Below, piece by piece: positions 13,123-24,560 of a stretch of DNA of 64,000 nucleotides; position 1 is the stretch's first letter, and each line of letters starts with the position of its first letter. The translations under genes were made by a program, and so were the position numbers. This stretch comes from Leucoraja ocellata. Its lineage: Eukaryota. The notes beneath the pieces are model-generated. The model was not told the DNA's origin. It worked only from the letters and a program-made list of their open reading frames with translations, and ran no database searches. The stretch is taken from contig JAWMAR010000082.1 of NCBI GenBank assembly GCA_036785375.1, positions 3,038,001 through 3,102,000 of the forward strand. The letters are read 5' to 3'.

Positions 13123-14108
13123 TTATCCCGGTGTCATAGAGCTGTCTGCCAACAACTGCTGGAGAGATATGTCTGACTATTCAAGAGACATTCATTTTAA
13201 GCATTCGGCATTATTAAAAGATGCAAGTGAATAATGCCAGCCATGATTCAGGCCAGTGTGGTTGAAAATGTTGGCAGAAATTAATTTTGGGTGTCACTCT
13301 ATTGCTACTGATATTCAGGTAAGCTGGTCACCTTAAAACAGCTGTACATCATACAGAATCCTTGCAACAAGATGTCCATATCTAGTCCATGTCCGGGTCA
13401 GCACTGTTGTTGTGTCACTCAAAAACATGCACAGAATTGGTTAATGGCCGTTAATGCAAAATATACACTGATAAACCTCCAAGCCCAGATCTCTTCCATA
13501 TTTTGATACTCTCATATGGAAAATGTCTGGCATCATCCCTCAGCTCCTGCGGCACGTGTTTGCGTTCAAACAGGCAGTTTGATGCAACAGCCTCAGAGCT
13601 AAAAGGGAGATTAGCGCCTCATACCCAGCTATCTGCATGCACAGTACATACTAGAACAGGATTACCTTCTTGCTCCCCCTATACTACCATTCCGCAAATG
13701 TAACTGGAAGCTTTTTTTACAAACTTTGTAAATTTGAATCAGCTTAACCTCGATGATAATTGTAAACTGAAGATTTTAAATACACCCTGTAGGAACAATT
13801 ATGCACGTGACGCACAACATATCTCAAACACACAACAAAGATTCAGCTTTTAAATGCAAAATGTCAACGTGTAAAGTATGTAAGCTCTTCGTTCAAGGAG
13901 TTGAGATTCAGCTATCACTACAAATGATTCTCTGGTTACAGTACAAAACAAGGAATGAGAAAATGTCTCCTCGTGACCTTCAGCATAATTATAAACGTGA
14001 AGAAAAAAAGCTGTATTGACTCAGATCATATTCAACTAAGAATTGAATAATGCTGCAAAACACAGATAATGTGAACAGTCGGAACATAAATACACCGGAA
14101 ATCTATTA

Positions 14109-14336
14109 TAGTTTAGGAAATACAGCATGGAAACAGGTCCTTCAGCTCACCGTGTCCACACCGACCGTTGATCAACCAGTTCTATCCTACACACTCAGCC
14201 AATTAACCTATAAACCGGCACGACACGGGATGTGGGATGAAACCGGAGCACCCGGAGAAAACCCACGTGTTGACAGGGAGAACGTACAAACTCCACATAG
14301 ACAGCACCCTTAGTCAGGATCCAATCAGGGTCTGGG
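14109..14336 (-). mobile_element. HE1/V-SINE-like SINE
   Basis: Reverse complement of the SINE core (gaaaccggagcacccggagaaaacccac...gggagaacgtacaaactccac). Confidence 0.85.
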
Positions 14337-14514
14337 CTTATGATACTGAAGGCTGATGGCTTCCCAAACCATCCAGGATGTTGCTGAAGATATTTTCAAG
14401 TTATGGTGACCCCATTGGGTATTATCAAAATGAGGGTGCTTGCAGTGGTTCAGAGGACCACATTTTTACTGTCTGCCTTAAGAGTCAACCGGCAACTACA
14501 ATTAGCCTTGCTTA

Positions 14515-14734
14515 TGCCCCTGTCCCACTTAGGGAACCTGAATGGAAACCTCTGGAGACTTTGCGCCCCACCCAAGGTTTCTGTGCGGTTCCCGGAGGTT
14601 GCAGGTGGTTGCCGGAGGTTGCAGGTAGTGGAAGCAGGTAGGGAGACTGACAAAAACCTCCGGGAACCGCACGGAAACCTTGGGTGAGGCGCAAAGTCTC
14701 CAGAGGTTTCCGTTCAGGTTTCCTAAGTGGGACA
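14515..14734. mobile_element. Palindromic PIF/Harbinger-type MITE with right terminus clipped
   Basis: TTA followed by TGCCCCTGTCCCACTTAGG...CCTAAGTGGGACA, with ~80-bp inverted arms. It is an inverted copy of 23915-24140. Confidence 0.85.
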
Positions 14735-15139
14735 TTTTTAGAAACAAATGACAGCATTTCGCCGAGCACTGCTCTATCTGGCACTCCACTACAACACACA
14801 AACAGCTGATATGAAAAGATGAGACTGTTCCCTCATTGTGTGATGATTACATTTTAGGCACAACAGCGTCAAATAAATTATACTTTATAAATTAAAATAC
14901 TGGCCAGAGTGATACTTTCACTCAAGCAGAGAATTATAAAGCAGAGCAATGAATGGCAATATGTAAACTCCCCCAGAAAGTGTTGGAACACTCAACAAGC
15001 AGCACCTGCACTGAGTAACACTTTTCATGAGCAGAATTAGAATTGGAAATGTAAGGAAACAAGCTGATTTTAAATTGCAAAGAGAGGGAGAGTGGAGAGA
15101 TCAGAGAAATTGTGGATGTCCAAAGTAGCCCAGCACAGG

Positions 15140-15470
15140 TGCCTATGCAATTATAAAGAAAGCTCATGGCTCCTCAGAAGTTTGAGGAGATTCAGCATGT
15201 CGCTGAATGCTCCATATAACTTCTTCAACTGTATACGGAGAACATACTGACTGATTGCATTACAGCCTGGTTCGGCAATTCGAACACTCAAGAACGATGG
15301 AGGCTGTCCATCACAGACATGGACTTCCCCAACATTAAAGGTAACTGACCTCTCCAGATCCGCACCACCCTGGCCATGCTCTCTTCTGTCTGTTGCCGTC
15401 AGTAAGCTGCTACAAGAACCTCAGAACCGTTAGCTCATGGTTCCCAGTAACCACCAGGTTTGAGAATGGG
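15140..15470 (+). mobile_element. Degraded Rex1/Babar RT C-terminal fragment
   Basis: ataaagaaagctcat...agtttgaggagattc...gagaacatactgactgattgcattacagcctggttcggcaat (KKAH..LRRF..ENILTDCITAWFGN). Confidence 0.7.
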
Positions 15471-16043
15471 GGTCATGTAAAATTGGTAATTTAATAGTCA
15501 ACAATACTGATGCTACCTATATATTTTCAATTTATTTAATCATGGCAAGTTTGTAATTTCATGTCTCCAGGTCATTAATCCACAGCTCTAAATTACTAAT
15601 CCAGCAGTATAGTTTTGTTTTTAGTATGTTAAAATACAAGCAATTGCAACATCACATCACCATAATTGCTCCACTACCAAGTTGCTTCTACCCCGCAAAA
15701 GGATTATCAATATTAATAGTCTGTGGAAAAGACGTGGGTTTTAAAATGAGATGCAAGCTTAATGCTTTCTAAAAATAAATGTACATTTACTCATCCAAAA
15801 ATGAGAATTTTTTTTTTAACAAGAAAAACTTTTCCATTCAACATAGCAGACTTCAATACTTTTACTTCATCCAGAACTAAATGTAATTTTCCTGTAATGA
15901 AAACAAGTCACCCATAACTGGCAGAAATTCAGGGGCACACTGGTGATGATTATTTTTTCAGCATTTTATGCAAAATTAAAATCTTTTTCAGAATAGTTTA
16001 TTTTAAAGATTGAGAAATGCAATAGCACTGTATACCATTACTA

Positions 16044-16359
16044 GGTTGGCACAGCGGAAGAGTTGCTGTCTTACAGCACCAGAGACCTGGGTTCGATCCT
16101 GAGTATTGGCACTGTTTGTATGGAGTTGGTACGTTCTCCCTATGACCATGTGCGTTTTCTCCGGGTGCTCTGGTTTTCCCCCACACCCCAAAGATATACA
16201 GGTTTGTAGTTTAATTGGCTTCGGTAAAATAGTAAATTGTCTCTAGTGTGTAGGATAGTGCTAATATACGGGGTGATTGCTGGTCGGCATGGACTCGGTG
16301 GGCCGAAGGTTTCCTTGCTGTATCTCTAAAGTCTAGAGTGAAGTCTAAAGTAAAGTCTA
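16044..16359 (+). mobile_element. HE1/V-SINE-like SINE
   Basis: A/B-box-like head (ggttcgatcc), core, and CR1-like tail. Confidence 0.9.
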
Positions 16360-16779
16360 CTAACAATTCAGTCCTGTCACTGGGCAAGCACTGTAGCTGG
16401 GTTAAGTCTACTTAAGTGGTTATCATGTTCTGTGACTATCGAGTGAAGAGGTGTCTAAATGCTGAATAGCTGGACCAACGTATCTAATGTAGCAAGACTC
16501 CCAGACCGTTTACATCTCAAGGACACAGAACAAGATGATTTTAGGCCTTCCTGGGAGATGAGAGGCAGTTTTTCAGATCACTAACGTCAATTGGAAAGGA
16601 AATACAGTGTGCTGCATGGTGGTCTGACAATTCTTATTTCCCATTCTGCACTTCAATCAAAAAATTGATCTCTCCGCTAACATGGGAGGATCCAAGTAAA
16701 AACAACTCAATTTTAGCAGTGGCCTGTATGGTGTTTAAAAGACAGGCACTCTGAACCTTTTCTTGGCAAAATTCAGTCC

Positions 16780-17366
16780 TTCATATACACCGGCTAGACC
16801 AGGCACAGGCTCGGCAATCGTTTCACTGAACACCTCCAATCAGTGCACCTAATCCTACCTGATCTCCCGGTTGCTAAACAATTTAACTCCCCCTCTCATT
16901 CCCATGCTGACCTTTCTGTCCTGAGCCTCTTCCAATGTCAGAGCGAGGCCCAACGCAAATTGTAGGAGCAGCACCTCATATTTTGCATGGGCAGCTTACA
17001 ACTTCAAGTAACCCTTGCTTTCCCTCTCTCTCCATCGCTCCCCCCATCATCCTCGTTTTCCGATCGGTCTGACTGCCCTCCTGATTAAATTGTATCGTTG
17101 TATGCTTCGTTGTCCCCTTCCCCAAGCTAACAATGATCTATTCTACATTTTCCTTGAGCTTCGTCCCCTTTGATATCTCGTTTTCACACCTTACCCTTCC
17201 ATATCTCTGTGTCTCCCTTTCCCCTGACTCTCAGTCTAAAGAAGGGTCTCAACCCGAAGCATCACCCATTTCTTCTCTCCAGAGATGCTGCCTGTCCCGC
17301 TGAGTTACTCTAGCTTTTTGTGTCTATCTTCAGTCTAAACCAGCATCTGCAGTTCTTTCCTACACA
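16780..17366 (+). mobile_element. Penelope-like element fragment: disrupted GIY-YIG endonuclease C-half plus 3' module
   Basis: Translates as Y.G*TRHRLGNRFTEHLQSVHLILPDLPVAKQFNSPSHSHADLSVLSLFQCQSEAQRKL*EQHLIFCMGSLQ, followed by a decayed hammerhead motif at ~17233-17266. Confidence 0.85.
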
Positions 17367-19379
17367 TTACAAAGTCTGGTTTCAATGCTTGCTCCGAAAA
17401 CTGTGGGAGAATGATACTGGACTGTACTCATTCTGTGCCCATGCACAACAACCCCTGATTCAGCCGTTCCATAGTTAGACACAGAAATTCAGCAAACCTG
17501 CTGCACTATTTAAAAAGTTACATTCTGCTTGTTATACATCTGTTAGTTCATCAATATAGTAGTCCCTATATTTTTACATCAAAAAAATGTTTCCTTATCA
17601 CTCCAACGTCTGATTCTACCAATTGAATCAGAAAATTGCTATTTACAGACTTGAGAGCATCAGCTGGAATGTATGAGTGCCAAGTACTGACTAACAAAGT
17701 GAACTTCCCCTTCCAGCCTGGATCAAATTCAAAGCATGTGTCCAGAGATTTAAAACAAAATATTAATAACCAAAAGGAACAAAGTGCTTTCAAACAAAAC
17801 AGCTACTATAGATAAACTCAACACATCACAATCTGTTGCCAGCCACATTTAGTGTTTTAGCAGTCAGTTGACAGAACGATGGCAGATGTTTCTTCTTTGT
17901 TATTTAGTCGGACAATCAGAGAACCCGTCAACAAATGGTGCAAACTCGATCAGGAAGTGTACCAGAAAATGGCTGCTTCTGTCACTAAGCTGCTCGTCTG
18001 ATCTATCTCTGCCACTCATTTATTGTCAGCACTTTCCAGTCCTTGCCAGATGCTGGAAAAGAACATAACCAATTTCCATTTGTACATTCACCACTTCAAA
18101 CTGATGCAAAACCAGTTCCTAAAATCATTGATATAAATGGATAAAAGGCAGACAAACTGTGACTATGTGCCAGGTATTCAAGCTGTTCCAAGAGGAAATC
18201 ATAATCGAATTGATTTGAATAGGGTCAAACGGATGCTGAAATAATAAAGACAGGATTGTTTCCTTCGGTGGCATCTTATTGAAACTCATTTACTCCACAA
18301 AATGCACACAATCTGTGTTTCAATGCAACAGCTTGAATAAACCACAGAAGTATTATTCCATCATTGTTCTGATTTAGTTGCTAAAGCTAGATGGAGCAAG
18401 TTTAGCGAGTGCTGGCTGTGTACCAACAGTTCATCCAAGTGGCCATTTTTCATGCTTAGAGGAGAGAGAAAGTTGGCAGGCTGCTCTGAGGCGAGGTTCC
18501 CACTAGCCCGCAGGCTCCAAAACCACTTTCAGTGCTCCCCATGCCCATCTCAGCAGGCATTGACTCAGTTGTGAAACACAGGGAACAGGCGGCAAGAACA
18601 ACAGGTGAGGCCTTCCGACTCAGTATCGGCCTGGGAAAGGGGTCAAGCCCCATCCCGCTGATTGTTGGGGCTCAGAAGGAAACACGGCAAGATCAGTTGG
18701 CAGCGTAGGAGAGAGGGGTGTCGAGGACAATGAATAATAAGATTTATTCCAAACAGAGATTCGAATTAGGAAATCTTTACACAAATAACATAAAATCTGT
18801 GCACAGGAGCAAAAATAAACATAAAATTGAGGGATTGTTAAGTGATACAAATTTCCAACAAGCAAGATCTAAAGAATAAGAGAAATATGAACTAGTGTGG
18901 TGTCATTCTGGACATCAGCCATTAATTAACAAAATAAATGCTTACAATGGAGATAAGGATAAAAACAGCATTTTTGACAGCCGAGCAGTGTGGCCCTAGT
19001 AACACAGTACCTTGAGATACTGTAATTAACAAATACCAAGCAATGGTGAGTGTGGACTGTTTAGTCACTTACAATTTTGAGCTCTCATTTTGATTTTGCA
19101 CAATGTGATGACCAGAACTCTAACCTTATTTCCAGCTGGGACAGTAGGGAGGACTATGATCAAGGGATGGACAGGGGCTTGCAAGATGTTTACAAATTTG
19201 GAATTCATTCCCTCGGAGGATATAAGAAATTATTTAGGGAATAAAAATCACCAGGGAACCAAACCATTTTTTTTAAATGCCTGATGGGTCTAAGCAATAT
19301 GCTGTAGGAGGTTTACGATTAGCGCCCAGCTGTAATAATGCATTGAGGACTTTGTATGCACAAACATTATTTCTGATCT

Positions 19380-19590
19380 CCACTGGGAGTCAGGGGAGAG
19401 GAAATCTAGACATATGGAAAGGTAAGGTGTGAAAGCGATAGATCAAAGCAGATGAATCGAAGAGGGGGAGCAGCAAGAACGGGTGTTGCAGAATTCTCTC
19501 TGGAGAGGGAACTTTCTTCAAAGTAGGCATATCTTGACGAGATTTCGCCATGGAGCAGACGAAATGTGTGGAATGAAACTGCAGATGCTA
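19380..19590 (-). mobile_element. Penelope-related fragment
   Basis: gagtcaggggagagg...atatggaaaggtaaggtgtgaaa matches 7293-7340, and the fragment ends in 'aactgcagatgct'. Confidence 0.6.
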
Positions 19591-20001
19591 CTGTTTCCTA
19601 ACAGGCTGGAACTGCATGCAGTGGCAATGAAATGGTGTTCACTGCAAAGAACACACCCCTCACATACCTGTTGTGTTCAGGTGCCAGTTCATTAGGAATC
19701 CCTATTGGCCAGCATCTCTAACATCATCAAGCAGGCTGAGCAGTCAATAGCATTGAAGAACTCTCGGTCACAGAAAGCTGATGCTATTGGTAGAATTATT
19801 GGTATAAAGGGATAAAGATGGATGAAGATATAAGGAATTGCAGATGTGGGAACTTTGAGCAGAAGTTTTTGGGGAACATAACAAGCCAGACAAAACCTGT
19901 GAAGGAAATGAACTGATGACATTTCAGATTGGGACTGTACTTCAGATGAACATTTACTGTGTGCAGTTTATTCAAACTGTTCAAAAGGAAATTATAAACT
20001 G

Positions 20002-20292
20002 ATTTAGTTTAGTTTAGTTTAGAGATATGAGGAAACAGGCCATTTGGCCCACCGAGTCCACAACGACCAACAATCCCTGCACACTAACACTATCCTACAC
20101 ACACACACTAGGGACAATTTAACCAAGCCAATTAACCTTCAAACCTGTATGTCTTTGGAGTGTTGGAGGAAACCATAGATCCCAGAGAACACCCACGCAG
20201 GTCATGGGGGGAACATTACAGGCAGCACCTTGGTAAGGATCAAAACCAGGTCTCTGGCGCAGTAAGGCAGTAACTCTACCACTGCGCCACTG
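20002..20292 (-). mobile_element. HE1/V-SINE-like SINE
   Basis: (TTTAG)n tail at left with reverse-complemented core and head. Confidence 0.9.
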
Positions 20293-20853
20293 CATTTGAA
20301 TAGGATCATAAAAAACATTTTCAGAAAATATCATAAGGTGCTAAAAACCGATTGGAATCTGTACATATAATTGCAGAAGCCAAAATATAATTTTTATTGC
20401 AATTCAGATTCCACAAATTGAAATACTTGTGTGAGGAGATCAGAATACACATAGAATTAGACTTTGAGGGATGCAGATTTTCTAAGCAGTGGCTTAATGT
20501 GATATATCCTATCACATAGATCTCAGCTACAAAGATGAACGTTTTCTGAACTTTTCATAATGAGAGAGTTTGCAACTAGCTTAAATTCACATTAATTCCC
20601 TCGATCCCAGTGGAGAACCAGCAAACAGCATTTATAAAAGACACAATAAATCACTGACAGCTACATCGGAATTTCCACCCTAAAGTAAGTACATTGGATT
20701 TGCAGATCCCACACGTTTTATTTAGATTAACACCAACAGTTTTAGGGTAATTACCACCACAAAGTCCTAGCCAATATATTTACTTTGAAGTTCATGAATA
20801 CCTCTTTTATTGTTGTAATAAATATTAACAAAATACTATTAAAATTGAAGTGC

Positions 20854-20987
20854 AGTAAAGAACTGCAGATGCTGGTTTAAATCGAAGGTAGACACAACAT
20901 GCTGGAGTAACTCAGCAGGACAGGCAGCATCTCTGGAGAGAAGAAATGGGTGACATTTCGGTTTGAGACCCTTCTTCAGACTGAAGA
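20854..20987 (-). mobile_element. Penelope-derived mini-element with hammerhead motif
   Basis: 16-bp TSD ATTAAAATTGAAGTGC (20838-20853 and 20988-21003). Confidence 0.85.
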
Positions 20988-22631
20988 ATTAAAATTGAAG
21001 TGCCTGTGTTTGCTTCCACTTCACTGTACGGAGCCCAATCACTTTGCTAAGAAATTCCTATCACAAACTTTCAAACCTCCTATCCCATCCCCAAACCCCC
21101 CCCCCCCCAGAACACCAAGACTCTCCTTCCTGGCCTCCGTTCCTCTACCCTTCATAAATATCAACATTACAAAAAATGTATCCCAAAAATATATAATCTA
21201 TAATCTCTCCAATTCAAAGTCTCATTCGTGAATTTTCTCCATGTTTCATTACACCTAAACTCGGCAGCTTCCAACAGTTTTATATTCTAACTCTCATCCT
21301 CCCAAACTGTATTTCTGACTAAAACCCCTTCCCTTTATTCCTTTAATCACTATAATTTTCCTTACTAAACCCGCCTTCTTTCTAATTTAAGTGTCACTCA
21401 TTAGCCATCTCTTTGACCAACCCTTCCAAACCCCTCTTACATTTACCCAGCGCCTACATTCTGTTCACAAGCCCTCGGGGACTTTCAGTATTTAGTAAAT
21501 TGAAAATGTACTCCATGTATTTAACAATGATATCAGTAATATATTATGGAACCCTGTGGTATATGAACCATTTTGTAACAATTAAATACAATTCAGACTG
21601 CAGACATTAATTTAATGTTCTGGACTCTTTATCAACGTGAACAACTCAGTTTCAATGCTTTTCAAACCCATGCGCTTGTCAGGAAGTAATTATAACTGGA
21701 AATGGCAACTCAGTACAGCAACGACTCAGGGAGAACGTGCTGACATTTTGATCAAAGTGACGCTCATACTTCTTCAGTCCAGAGGTACAATAGAGTCTGT
21801 TTGCCGCAATCCCTTTTTTTATTTGTACTATATGTCCAGATCTCTTAGCAGTGATGCATTGTTTTTCTGCCTTGCATTAATTTTTCTCACAGTGGGAAGA
21901 CCACCACTTCCAACGGGAAATAACTCAATCTAAATTCAGCTGTTCAGAAGGCAAGTCTGTCAATCTAACCACAAGGAAAAGGGAATTCAATCCAGATAGC
22001 ATTCCTATCTCTCACAGTTGATCTTAAAGATATGACAGGCAGCAAACTTTCATATGACTAAATACAACCAATACTGCCTCACACAAGACACTGAAAACCT
22101 GAATCCTACTGAAGATCTGACTGTATCTGAAATATTAACTACAAGTCAGAAGGAATACCAAGAATGAAAATAGCTTGTTGATATAGATTGATAGATGCAC
22201 GCACATTTTGTAACTCTTCCGTCATTCTCTTGGTACATTGCCTGAGGCAGCATTTCTCAGAACATTCTTGCAGTTGACAGAATTTGAACGAGCCAGGCAC
22301 ATATAAATGCTGACCAGCAGCAAACTAAATACTTTTTTCATGGTTTCAATGTTTTATATTTAATCTTTGGCTGTATTTATTCTAACAGCTGCAAGCAGAA
22401 ACTACTCCCACTGCGCTTGAACCTTCTCTACTGTTCAACGAGATCACGGCTGATCTTATGCCTCAAGCAACTCTGCCCAATTTGTGTATTCTCCGATTTC
22501 CCCGAGAATCTAAAATATCTGCCAGCTCCATCCTGGAATATATGCTAATGTCAGAGCATCCAAGGCAGAAAATTCCAAACAATTACAATCCCCAGCCAAA
22601 GAAATGTCTCCTCAATTCAATTCAATTCAAT

Positions 22632-23603
22632 AGGAGGAGGAGCCATCTTGGGGAATGGCTGCTAACCAGCAGCCGTCCGTTTAACTCACTTCTTTTTTGG
22701 AGTTTTAGTAAGTCCTGTCCTTTGTCTGTTGGAGAATGGACTTTTTAATGTTGGGGGAAGGAGGTAATTATACTTCTAGCTCCCTACCTGGTCAGTGAGG
22801 CAGCTTTTTCTCTGGGCTGCCCCGTCGACCCGTCCTCATGGCCTACCAGCGGGCGTGGAGCGCCGCTTCCTGGCGTGGACCGCCCAGCATCTCGGCTTCG
22901 GTGGCGGCACAGCGCTGGGGCGCTATCGCGGAGCGGGCAATGCCTTGCCTGGGTCGCCGCGCTGGATCGACGCGCTGGAGCGCTGGTGAGCTGTGACCGC
23001 CGAGATCAACACCTCCGGGCTGCGGGTCTGCGGAGCGGGCGGCGCCGACTCTAACATCGGGAGCCTGGGTGCTCCAAACCGGCCTTGTCGGCTTCGGAAG
23101 CCGCGGTCCCCAGTCAGGAAGCGGCCGTTCCAGGTGGCCCAGCCGTTGAGATGACTCTCCCGACGCCGGGGCAACACCACCCGGTGAGAACGGCCAGGAA
23201 CATCGGGCCTCCGTTGAAGCAATAGCGGTGGCCTCAATAGACTTGACTTTGGGTGAACTGGGGATGGGGACTGGACATTGTGCCTTCCCCCACAGTGGTA
23301 ACCATTGTGGGGGGATGATTTTTTTTTGTGTGTAAGTAAACATGTTAGTCTGTGTCCAAGATGGCTGTCGGAAGGGAGAGTGGACGCTGGCGCGCTTTAG
23401 CTGCCGCTGCTCTCTCTTCACATTGTGTTTTTGATTTTTTGTCTTTGGAATGAATTCTGTTTTTAATTTGCGTTTTGGTGATGTCTTTATTATTTATTTT
23501 ATTCCGATTATATGTTTTATTATTCTTGTTAATCTCTGTAAGGTGTCCTTGAGATTTTTGAAAGGAGCCCAAAAATAAAATTTATTATTATTATTATTAT
23601 TAT
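22632..23603 (+). mobile_element. CpG-rich non-autonomous retroposon (composite) with L2-type 3' end and (TTA)n tail, inserted into an old CR1 3' remnant
   Basis: Abrupt GC/CpG-rich block with no coherent ORF; ends 'ctgtaaggtgtccttgagatttttgaaaggagccc...aataaaattt(att)n'. CR1-like antisense sequence lies on both flanks (22430-22620 and 23605-23900). Confidence 0.65.
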
Positions 23604-23914
23604 AATCAGAAACAGACAACTTCTTATCTTCACAACACGCCCCCCAGGTCTAGATATGCCAGTTAGGAGAAATAGCTTCTCAACATCTGTTAATCTCGGT
23701 CAGAATCTGTTATCTCAGTTAAATCACTTTTAATCACTCTAAATTGGAATAAGAGTCAATCTTCTACAGAACAATGCCCTCATCCTGAGAATCAAGCTCA
23801 TGAACCAATGGTGCACTACTACAAGTATATCCTCTTAAGACAGACCAAAACTGTGAAATGCTTTCCCAATGTCGTCTCACCATAGCCCTTTACAATTTCA
23901 GCATGTCTTTCTTA

Positions 23915-24140
23915 TACCCCTGTCCCACTTAGGAAACCGGAACAGAAACCTCTGGAGACTTTGCGCCCCACCCAAGGTTTCCGTGTGGTTCCCGGAGGTT
24001 TTTGTCAGTCTCCTTACCTGCTTCCACTACCTGCAACCTCCGGCAACCACCTGCAACCTCCGGGAACCGCACGGAAACCTTGAGTTGGGCGCAAAGTCTT
24101 CAGAGGTTTCCGTTCAGGTTTCCTAAGTGGGACAGGGGCA
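23915..24140. mobile_element. Palindromic PIF/Harbinger-type MITE (226 bp)
   Basis: TTA TSDs (23912-23914 and 24141-24143); TIR T(A/G)CCCCTGTCCCACTTAGG; long inverted arms. Confidence 0.9.
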
Positions 24141-24194
24141 TTACTTTGTGATCCAATATACTCACTACGCAATAAAGGCCAAGATTTTTTAATA

Positions 24195-24560
24195 ATGGTA
24201 TTTGAATTGATATTGGTTTATTGTCACATAGACTGAGGTACAGTGAAAATATGTTGTTTGTATTGTATCCAATTAAATCAGATGATATTAAATTTGAGTA
24301 CAATCAAGCCATGCACAAGTACAATAGCTAGTGCAAAGAACACAATACCAGAGTGCAGAATATAGTTTTGCAGCATTGAAGCATTATAGTTTGTAATGAA
24401 GGTAGGTTGGAAGATTGGGACTACCCTCCAACATATGAGAGGATCGTTCAGTAGTCTGATAATAGAGGCAAAGAAGCTATTCCCGATTCTGTTGGTATGT
24501 GATTTCAAGATTTTGTACCTTCTGCCCCACAGGAGAAGGGAGAAGAGGGAATTGTTCACT
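24195..24560 (-). mobile_element. Rex1-type LINE 3' end
   Basis: ORF 24278-24559(-) reads SLFSLLLWGRRYKILKSHTNRIGNSFFASIIRLLN. Confidence 0.85.

Noticed and set aside
14515-14734. Palindrome as a pre-miRNA or CRISPR-like repeat
   Set aside because: The TIRs, the TTA flank and a second dispersed copy identify it as a MITE; there is no repeat-spacer periodicity.
21075-21480. Strongly C/T-skewed tract as a LINE ORF remnant
   Set aside because: I could not recover any diagnostic motif in any frame, so it is left unannotated.
22843-23421. 192-aa ORF (-) and overlapping ORFs
   Set aside because: They lie in a GC-rich repeat where stop codons are rare, show no domain resemblance, and are open in several frames.
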